Shown one piece after another: positions 9,001 to 16,100 of a stretch of 21,674 bases of DNA. The position numbers were made by a program, and so were the translations under genes. Each line of letters begins with the position of its first letter. Positions within the stretch are counted from its first letter, which is position 1. The stretch is from NCBI GenBank assembly GCA_965644315.1, contig CBFFRQ010000194.1, positions 1 through 21,674 on the forward strand. Direction: 5' to 3'. The notes under the pieces were generated by a model, which had not been told where the DNA came from, made no database searches, and saw only the letters and a list, made by a program, of their open reading frames with translations. The stretch is from Caecitellus pseudoparvulus. Its lineage: Eukaryota > Protista > Bigyra: Bicosoecida.

Positions 9001-9853
9001 GTGCAAAGCGCACCAGGAGTTTGCGAAAGGCCGTCAGATCATCCGGTGCCGCATCCACCTCCCCGCTCCCAGTTCTGGTGACGGGGACGACATCGGAGTC
9101 AGGTGTTTGTGGGGCTGCCATGCCTGCAGAGGCCTTGATGTTGCCCATCGCATGTTGGGCTGCAGCAATGGTTGCTGCGTGATGAAGAAGAGCGAGGTCA
9201 TCTTGCTGTAAGATTGGTTCACCGGCGGCAGTCTCAAGACAGGCCTGTACGCAGTGTCTGTCCTCAGTGTTACTGTACACATGGTCAGAGGACAGGAGGT
9301 CACACAGCTTTGTATGGTGCTTGATAGACCGTTTCGGTAGGCATGCCGGCACTCGAGGACACGCAGCAAGTTCAACCACTTTGGTTGGGGGCTGGGCAGG
9401 AGCTGCAGCTGCTTTCGGTTCAGGCCCAGTTGTTGTGGGGGGTGCCTTCGGGCTTGGGAAGAGCTGGTCCCATCGCGTGGCTGTGCCCTTGCTGACTCGA
9501 GACGTTGGAAGGGCCACGTCGGCCTTGGTGCGTGGTGGGGTGGTACATGCAGGCGGGTTCGGCTTGGGGGAACCTCTGCCTTCCTCAGACGGAGCAGGCT
9601 CGCTCTTGAACAGGTCAGCAAAGGTGCGGTGGCGCTTTGGTTCCTTCTTTCCTTTTCGCAGGCCTCGCCGCACCTTCTTCTGCCTTCTGCCATCCTTCAG
9701 TGCTTGGGTGGGAGGCTGGGCCTCCTTGGCTGTACTTTCACCGACAGGGGCATCTCCCTCAGAGGGGACGGAATGTCCGGTGGCATTGTACATGGTCTTT
9801 GGCTGGGATCGTTGTGCAGCCAGGGAAGTCTTGACAAGGTTCACCACTGATGC
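3036..9853 (-). mobile_element. Element A: telomere-associated APE-type non-LTR retrotransposon, 5'-truncated
   Basis: Bounded by GGTTAG (3030-3035) and a TTAGGG tract from 9854. Contains an APE-RT-CCHC ORF. Its 3' ~200 nt are homologous to B and C; it lacks the ~780 5' nt present in B and C. Confidence 0.93.
3836..9847 (-). CDS. Non-LTR retrotransposon polyprotein (basic/disordered linker, putative Cys-protease-like domain, APE endonuclease, reverse transcriptase, CCHC knuckle, unknown C-terminal domain); N-terminus missing
   Basis: APE ~7510-8314: SWNV, LTE, EVALLL, AYVP, GDLN, LDHI, SDH. RT ~5660-6650: LIPKK, YRLI, QAGF, VDFKAAFDSV, GVPQGGALSPLLF, YADD, INPRKS, YVFLG. Knuckle CPLC..H..C at 4562-4621. 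2003 uninterrupted codons. Confidence 0.95.
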   Translation of the reverse strand: MVNLVKTSLAAQRSQPKTMYNATGHSVPSEGDAPVGESTAKEAQPPTQALKDGRRQKKVRRGLRKGKKEPKRHRTFADLFKSEPAPSEEGRGSPKPNPPACTTPPRTKADVALPTSRVSKGTATRWDQLFPSPKAPPTTTGPEPKAAAAPAQPPTKVVELAACPRVPACLPKRSIKHHTKLCDLLSSDHVYSNTEDRHCVQACLETAAGEPILQQDDLALLHHAATIAAAQHAMGNIKASAGMAAPQTPDSDVVPVTRTGSGEVDAAPDDLTAFRKLLVRFAPEDSLLSAASPPVLLPGLHLLMQHINNGHKALKGADLLPSSQLDVRAVMEDERQEDYFEDVYFAFALTIPSKAHSAHLQLLLIDHDHGVLHMWNPDLPSSTSELPLHKCLIRLHTEGVTTVYRVAVTPLSGHTRSFRDRLRDAFKTIRDEYPPLPLVVNDSTAHARTLIAGKATRVVLPEARRTRHSASMLEKAKDNDPLMKFIPQSWDSMSARWDQGPHTPVGRKGLTKVAFVSWNVARSCGTHLHQVIHCARTPQAHTALLALCLTEPGGHGTLDTEVVGLQCFRPNPPDRPPGRSEVALLLDKRLGATQLLDLGLDGRCIVACSVPAKPKPLAIIAAYVPNWHTAQRKKPLADPDTKLPHRQEVWEQLHAAVESLQHTHMMVLMGDLNCHPGDSGVQCWGKEAWVNETGIPDPTDDVQELDRLCQMGGLSPPGKAGVPTHATYNRALDHILLCPLLKTTMTRPLKITTTFSSAGRQQKAALIFSDHFLLSSTVALKLVKKAKVAHCPKRPHSVPPWWPSSTLSGQRAQALHRSLLDHAQATTLIPPASTGEGQALSKLDQLIAAAAQKAHATCKGTSPQVLQVFTDVSKYSKLKKKMTARAKKLRRELCRIDRRLALVHNTARSSDPVMTRVLGEQKGMMVEDLSHTVQIRKEAMRRCTHLVKKKHKHSVLQIKQRIKELAVVDPFAAHMHVRRLSGRRKKAGTASLQSVYGSDGKLVHAGTAVKHTVREQMGKIISPTVTPLTPLKYGLRRLLPSMHAEFQPPATWLPTEHTVIKAMNALNLHRNPGRGQFQAEHLKYSSAKFKKNYSQALLKVLEGGSCPAKYHEGVGTLIPKKTSMPGRVDTYRLIVCRPPPAKLFFSVVAACVEAWMKSWISREQAGFSKARNTHEQIIALQEATNSYLRRSPDKHVLVMFVDFKAAFDSVSHAAILEILEAARLPQPLLKTVSEYMSRASVSIHTAHGLCDPLPVTSGVPQGGALSPLLFKVAIDVLSQRLQELPKQGYAGAGVPTSAGRLTHTLYADDLACLATSPSAMQRMFHEVRAVGARVGLTINPRKSGIMVVTNAAPVNGVCANERRKAVWRTRWLKSGKALTVGGVHIQRSRSYVFLGAPLCENVRKTRALALKQAGLSCTQAGFACGALLTGEWVGLDLKQRIGSASITAAADYILATQVRNSVLPLREVDRGLAIALSKTQIGMQSSLARMHNYAKLAACGFLPAHIRATKLRSNIFRKLISDLHAGTPVARVMLQTLPVALDMLPSPVTMEFLVNLNGDLDRARSGIPPPFALHGLLDLWLHGCLPSRSALEGLIQGDGSSGAASQDSETDTQDLDPTPPKIKYLGLAASSSSSMLSPPAFPAKMSWRARQHVVCSFLHIAQSSECPALGYSPTGDLHRVRRPRPYHVGVGARFFCWLHPIPSAPSPLLWVCDNDRPQVVKVHLWQTLQFIHGEDTPTLFEACPLCGSVSWATLHEHVLLWCSHPALDQARQDAFTTMLSIAAQSNSYVHGDRPPAHLSIPAPLTCVLQLAKARSASPRSSSRLLLRLLLCGQWPFRIDEDPEQQLWGPEGAAVMSHPHLLLRSARGPVKPPVLWKKLLQAGAAFASSAWDVMLQRMLRLTSPEHVHIQRHARYLWWAAHGRACPFPGHTVPVSSAVNRQTQDVRTRRTQRTYFPDRSQRGPPRSFSQQSTLFDHGLVRGKQSVSMGQGSEGEEEALEGAGVQ

Positions 9854-10163
9854 TTAGGGTTAGGGTTAGGGTTAGGTTAGGGTTAGGGTTAGGGGTTAGG
9901 GTTAGGGTTAGGGTTAGGGTTAGGGTTAGGGTTAGGGTTAGGGTTAGGGTTAGGGTTAGGGTTAGGGTTAGGGTTAGGGTTAGGGTTAGGGTTAGGGTTA
10001 GGGTTAGGGTTAGGGTTAGGGTTAGGGTTAGGGTTAGGGTTAGGGTTAGGGTTAGGGTTAGGGTTAGGGTTAGGGTTAGGGTTAGGGTTAGGGTTAGGGT
10101 TAGGGTTAGGGTTAGGGTTAGGGTTAGGGTTAGGGTTAGGGTTAGGGTTAGGGTTAGGGTTAG
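9854..10163 (+). repeat. Interstitial telomeric tract (TTAGGG)n, 310 bp, ending GGTTAG
   Basis: Direct reading; two variant units (TTAGG, TTAGGGG) near the proximal end. Confidence 0.99.
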
Positions 10164-13086
10164 CTACTCAATGCATTGCAGATTGCCTCCATGCAGGCTA
10201 CATCATGGTACAGCTTGGGCTTGGACATGTGGTGCCACCTGCGCCACAACAGAATGCAGTGACACAGACACCACGACGGCACCGCTTGCACGGCTTTGCG
10301 ACTAGCACAGACTCGTGTCCGTTGTATAAGTCGCCGTCTGTCTTGGCGCTTCAGCGCCCGCCCCGGTGGGATGGTCTTGAGGTGTAGGTCCAGGTCTCGG
10401 TCCACTCTTGTCTTGTCCGTCCAGTCCAGTCTCGTCCGTCTCGGTCCGATGTCCAGGGGTGGAGACCCGACTTGCTTGGCTTGGGTGGCGGTGTGGGCTG
10501 GAGGATATGGACTCGACACGGACTGGGTGTTGCTGAGATGCAAGCACACGACCCAGCCCGGCTGTCCCTTCGGCTCAGGTTTGGGGGCGGCCTCACAGAT
10601 CTTGCTGCAAGTGCCTTCCCCTTCCACTGAGCCGAGTCCTGATGTGTTGGTATCGATGTTGGGTTGGTGATGGTGAGGTTGGGTTGGACTTTCCAATGTC
10701 CGATGTCAGCTATGTGCGTCGGTCGCGACACAAAGCTTCAGTCATGTGTGGCACAGGGAGTATGCCCCCACAGGTGACTTACATCAGGCGTCCACCCATC
10801 TGCCCGATCGAGATGTGGGGCACATCCTTGACCTTGGGCAGGCGACCCTCGCCGTCTTCAGGCACCAGCCGCTTGAGGGGGTCCTTGACCTCAGCCTCCA
10901 GGGTGGCGGCCTGCTGTCGGGTCATCCGCCCATGAGGCATGGCCACCCTTGTGCCCTTGCCAGCGATGAGGGTCTGGGGGTGCACGGTGCCGTCGGTGGC
11001 CTTGTGAGGCAGGGGGGGGAAGTCATCTCGGAGAGACTGGAGTGCCCCTCGAAGCCTGTCCCGGAAGGGTGCTGGACTGCCCGCCTCGGGTGTGGTCCAG
11101 ATCCGGTACAAGACGTTGATGCCTTCGGCTGCCAGCCGGGTCATGCACTTGTGCAGGGGCAGCTCGTCATGGAGGTCAGGGATGTCGGGGTTCCACAGCA
11201 CCAGCTTGCCTCGATCATGGTCGACGAGGATGAGCTGCAGATGGGCCGTGTTGTCGGTCCACACCTCTCGAAGTGCGAAGGCATACAGCACTCCGTCGAG
11301 GTGCCCCTCTTGGTCACCCTCTTCATCAACCTGGCTGGGGTCGACGCCGGCCTGGCCAAGGTCATCATGCCCGGCTGGGGCACGGTACCCTTGGTTGATG
11401 CGGTCGATGAGCAGGTGCAGGCCGGGAAGCAGGACTGGTGGTGTACCTGGGGCCAGGAAGGTGTCATCCGGCGAGTGCTGGTGCAGCATGTTGCGGAAGA
11501 CGGCCACCCGTTGCCCGTCTGAGCGGAAGGGGGAGGGTGGCTTCTGGCCGACGTCCATGATGTCCGAGCTGGACGAGTCACTGACCACCCCCTCCAGCTG
11601 CCTGACCATGTGCTTGAAGGCAAGCTGGGCAGCGTTGATGGTGGCTGCATGCTGGAGTAGGAGGAGGTCCCCAGCCTCGAAGACCCTCTCCCCTGCTGCC
11701 GTCTCGAGACAGGCCTGGACACAGGCCCGCCCCCCACGTTAGAGTACACGTGGGTCGATGACAGCAGGTCGGCCAGAGGGCCAGGCTTGATGGGGTACTC
11801 GGCCAGGTGCTCGGGTGTCCGCACACTGTCATGAAGAGGCACCACCCTTGTGATCACCTCCCATGCTGCTGCTGCAGACGGCCGATACCGGTGCACCTCG
11901 GGGCTTGCCTCGCCCGACGGGGTGGGGGACGGCCACTTGCGGTCGACGCCCCGCTGCACCCTTGATGAAGGCAACATGGCATGCACCACAGGGGTGGTGA
12001 CGGTATCTTTGGGTGAGCCTTGGGTGGCAGGTGGTGAGGTTGGTCGAGGTGCAGGTGGCCGGACGTTCTTGATGAAGACGTCCTCGAAGGTGAGGGATCG
12101 TCCGGCTGACTTGCCCTTTCCTCGCTTGCCTCGACGGGTCTTCTTCTTCTTCGGTGCCTTGTCGAGCTGAGTGTCAGTCCAGGTCGATGGTGTCTTGGTG
12201 TCGACAGGTGCATCACCCTCGGAGGGGACGGATTGTCTGACACTGGGACGGACGGCTTGGGCTGGCACGGGGCCATGGTCGAAGTGGGACCTAACGAGGC
12301 ACATGACCTTGGCAACATCACCTGACTGGCAGGCGATTTCGGTTGCTTCCTTGGTCACTTGGTGGGCCACTTGGATGGCGGTGGGGTGGGCCTTCACCTT
12401 CACTTTCGCCTTCGCCGATGCGAACTGCTTGGTGTTGGTGTAGGCCACGGCGACGAACCCACCTTGGCCGACTCGAATGGCGAAGTCGTCCTCTTGAGCA
12501 GCAAGAATGCGAAGTTGACGTGCCACTGTTGGTGAATCACCCTCACTTCCGAGCGTGACGAGGATGGTTGGCGATCCGGTGGGTCCCTGGCGCAGGGCCG
12601 CATTGGCGTTGCCGAATTCCGCACTCAGCCCTGGGATCAGCCGTTCGGCGGCTTCCCCATAGACCTCGAGCCACATGTCCCGTGCCGAAGATGAACTATC
12701 ATGATCAGTCTTGGGCAGGGGTCCTCCAAGCTCGAAGGTGCGTGCGGCACCCCGACGTGGCATGTCAGTGAAGACACCTGTTCTGGGGCCGAGCACTTGC
12801 TTGCGCTTCAGGCACCCCTCCACGAAGAGGACCCCCAGGACTTGATCCACTTGGGCGTTCATGATGCTTGTCAATGATGCTTTTGATGTCGATCCCAGGT
12901 GCATGCCCCGACCGAGGGCGCAAACTGGGAGCCACGGTGCGATGGTGTGCGGAATTCGCACTACCCCGCCCCGGTGCGCACCACCCAACCAGCAAGCACT
13001 GTGCAACACCACACTTGGGTGCACGAGCGCCTGGATTAGGCAATGTTAGCACTTCACAACTTGTGATTAGCTTGACATTTGGAAAG
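10164..13086 (-). mobile_element. Element B: non-autonomous relative (2.9 kb) with both termini but no APE/RT
   Basis: Flanked by telomeric repeats; 5' 88 nt are 83/88 identical to C; 3' ~200 nt homologous to A and C; ORF homologous only to the pre-APE part of A and C. Confidence 0.9.
10779..12862 (-). CDS. N-terminal-only protein of element B (~694 aa once one homopolymer frameshift at 11730-11735 is corrected): N-terminal domain, basic motif and putative Cys-protease-like domain
   Basis: Joins ORF-track entries 11141..13024 and 10779..11609. One extra G in the G6 run gives NVGGRACVQACLE, matching A's NTEDRHCVQACLE. The start Met is inferred from MNAQVDQVLGVLF (B) versus MSSKASQVLGVLF (C). 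Confidence 0.75.
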
Positions 13087-13114
13087 TTAGGGTTAGGGTT
13101 AGGGTTAGGGTTAG
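13087..13114 (+). repeat. Short telomeric spacer (TTAGGG)4TTAG
   Basis: Direct reading between the 5' end of B and the 3' end of C. Confidence 0.98.
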
Positions 13115-16100
13115 CAACTCACAATGCATTTCACCTCGGCACAGCTTGGCACCGTACAGCTTGAGCGTCACACGGGCGCCCCACAATGCACCTCTGCACA
13201 TGTAGGACGCCACAGCGGCTACCGCTTGGCGCGGATTCGCAACAAACACAGGCTTGCACCCGTTATATCTGCCGCCACTTGCTAGGGCAGGTCCCTGCCC
13301 GCTCCAATTCATCATCTTGGCCCTCCTCCGCTACACTTCATCCCTTGCTCCGCCAGCGCCAGACACCTGGGGCACACCAGAGCACACCCAGGCATCCGCG
13401 CAGTCTTGACAACAGATCATAATCCAAATTCCTCACCCACCTCCTCTGTGGCCCTCATAGGCCTCTCTGCGCCCTTCATGAGGTGTGTGCTCCGCCTCTG
13501 CGCGGGAACTCGGCCGGGTGCGTGGTGCGGAATTCGATCGCGCACACCAGCACCCGTGCGCACACACGCGCCCGCGCCACAGAGCGCATCGCGCGCATCA
13601 AGGGGGATACAGAAAGGAAAAGGACCTTCTTCTTCAACCCGTCACGCCCTGGTTTCGTGGTGAGTGAGCTTGCTTCATCGTCAGCCGCCATCCGGGCCGC
13701 GGCCGTGCAGCACTGCGGCTGCACACGCGCCGCGGCCCGAGGCACGCTCCCGCTCACTCCACTGCTACTCGCAGGCTATGTAGTAAGTAAAAGGTAAGGT
13801 CTTGGGCATCTGCTTCGGGCTACCGTGGTTATCACCACGCTTCACACAGGTTCATCACGTCAGGACACTCGTGGAGGGTAGACGCGGCCACAAGCGTGGC
13901 TGTTCCACTCCCCGCCCGCACGCCTGCGTTCCGCCTTACTCCTCGCTCTCTTCACAGGAACCATCGGGCCCTTCCCCCTCACCATCAGTGTCTGCATGGG
14001 CTGGCTGAGGCCCCATGAAGTGCTGCAGCGTCCTCTGGACCTTGCCCTCCGTGGACGGCACTTGGCCAGCCTTGGCAGGGAAAAGGTGCGTGCCCTGCGG
14101 CGAGTGCGGGGCCTGCGCGTGTGCCGCGTGGCCGCTGACCGCACTGGCTGCGTGCGGCCAGGCAGCGGCGCCCCGCGCCCATGTACTGCCCACCACAGGT
14201 ACTCAGCATGCCTCTGGACAGCAAGGTGGTGGGCATCGGTCATACGCAACATGTAAGTGACTGTGACCCGCCACGCCTTTGCTGTGAACTCAACCGCGCT
14301 GCGCAGGATGTCTTGCCATACAGCTGGGGCACGGACACGGCAAGGACCAGCACGGTGGACGAGGTGGGGGTGGGAGAGGACAGCCGCCTCTTTCATAGAG
14401 ACAAGCTGCTCTTCGTCGGCCAGCCCCCACCGGTGAGGCCACTGCCCGCAGAGCAGGAGCCTGTGGAGGACCTCGAGGTCCCGCAGGCTTCGCGGCTCTG
14501 GGTCGGGGGCACGAAGGAGGGCGTGGCAGATCTTGGGGGGATGGGCAGGCACTGCACTTGGCCCGCCGCGGACTCGGGCACAGCTGACCTGTTGGCCAGT
14601 TCTCTGAACTTGGTCATCGTGTGTTGGCGTGCCATGGTGAGTTCGTGGTGGGTGCAGTGCAGCAGGATGTGCACGTGCAGCTGTACATCGGTGTTGAGTC
14701 CGCAAATCGGACAGCACTCGTACAGAGTGGCACTGTCCCCCCCATGAAGAAGCTGTAAGGTCTGGAAGTGATGGACCATCACTCTGGTGGGCCTGTCATC
14801 AGGACAGACCCAGAAGAGGGGTTCACCCTGTGTGGCAGTGGATGTAGCCACACGAAGTGCTGCGCACCAGGCCCAAGATGATACGGCCTGGGCTTCTGCA
14901 CTTGGGGGATTCGGCTGTCGGTGGTGTAGTGGGCAGCTGCACTCGGCACTGCCTGGGCTACATGAAGATACGACGCGAGGACTTGGCGACGCAGGGCCCA
15001 GGGGGTGTCTGCCGTGAAGGCCGGGGGTTCGGCCATGGACGACGTCTCGCTGGCAGCCACCCCAACCACCGCAGACCTGTGGAGGCCCGGGGTGGTCTCA
15101 AGTCCGGCAAGGACTTGGGCAAGGGCTGTGGCAGCATGCTCAGAGCCAGGTGCACATGCAAGCCGAAGCTGTGCAAGGTCTGGCATGCAGCCCATGAGCC
15201 AGAGGTCCAAGAGGGCATGCAGTGCCCACGGAGCAGGGACACTGGCAGCCCGGAGTCGACCTCCATCAGCAATGGTGTCGACGATGAAGGTCGTCGACAT
15301 CGAAGCAGGCATAAGGTCAAGGGCCTGCGGGATGGTCAGGCACAGAGCTCGGGCAAGAGGGGTGTCCGAGTGCAGCATCCGGAGAGCCTTGACAAACATC
15401 CCAGTCCGCAGTTGCGTGGAGCGGATGTGGGCAGGCAGGACTCCGCATAGAGCCAGCTTGGCGTAGCTGTGGGGGCGCATGAGTGCACTCTGCGAGCCGA
15501 CTTGGGTCCTGTCCAAGGCGAGGGCGACGCCGCGGTCAACATCGCGCAGCGGAAGCAGGGAACTGTTGGCTTGGGTGGACAGCATGTAGTCGGCGGCTGA
15601 CGTGACAGTGGCATACCCAACCAGGTGCCGCTGCTGCACATCGAGCCAGGTGGCACTGAGCAGCGCGCCCGCAGTGAACTCCGGCTTGGATGCAAGCAAG
15701 CCCAGCTTGCTGCAGGGTGAGTGCACGGGTCTTGGCAGGATGTTCGGACATCGGCACACCCAAGTAGGTGTACTCGGCCACCCGTTGGATGGACTTGGTG
15801 CCAACCTTCAGCATGCTGCCCGCTTTGAGGGCAGCCGAGCGCCACACCAGCTTCTTCCTTTCACTGACTGGTGTCCGGCTGCCTCGCACGGAGTTGGCAA
15901 GGATCATGACCCCGGACTTCGACGGGTTGATGGCAAGGCCAACCCGGGGCAGCGATGGCCTTCACCTCTACGAAGATTCGGTGCAAGGCCGTGGCAGACG
16001 TTGCGATGCAGGCCAGGTCGTCTGCATACAGGGTGTGGGTGACATGGCCTGCTGGTGTTGGGATGCCCACTCCCTGGATGCCTTGGAGGGGCATCTCGTG

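Noticed and set aside
9850-10305. (RV)n ORF
   Set aside because: Translation of telomeric repeats
10160-10696. 178-aa minus-strand ORF in B's 3' region
   Set aside because: Runs through the structured 3' terminus, whose alignment with A and C has frame-breaking indels; no homologous protein
12940-13086. Canonical HDV-like or hammerhead ribozyme at the 5' end
   Set aside because: Pseudoknot-like pairing exists, but I could not find the HDV L3/J4-2 consensus or the hammerhead CUGANGA/GAAA core, and the P1-like stem is not at the terminus
3030-13114. Target-site duplications or poly(A) tails
   Set aside because: No poly(T) at plus-strand junctions; TSDs cannot be distinguished within telomeric repeats
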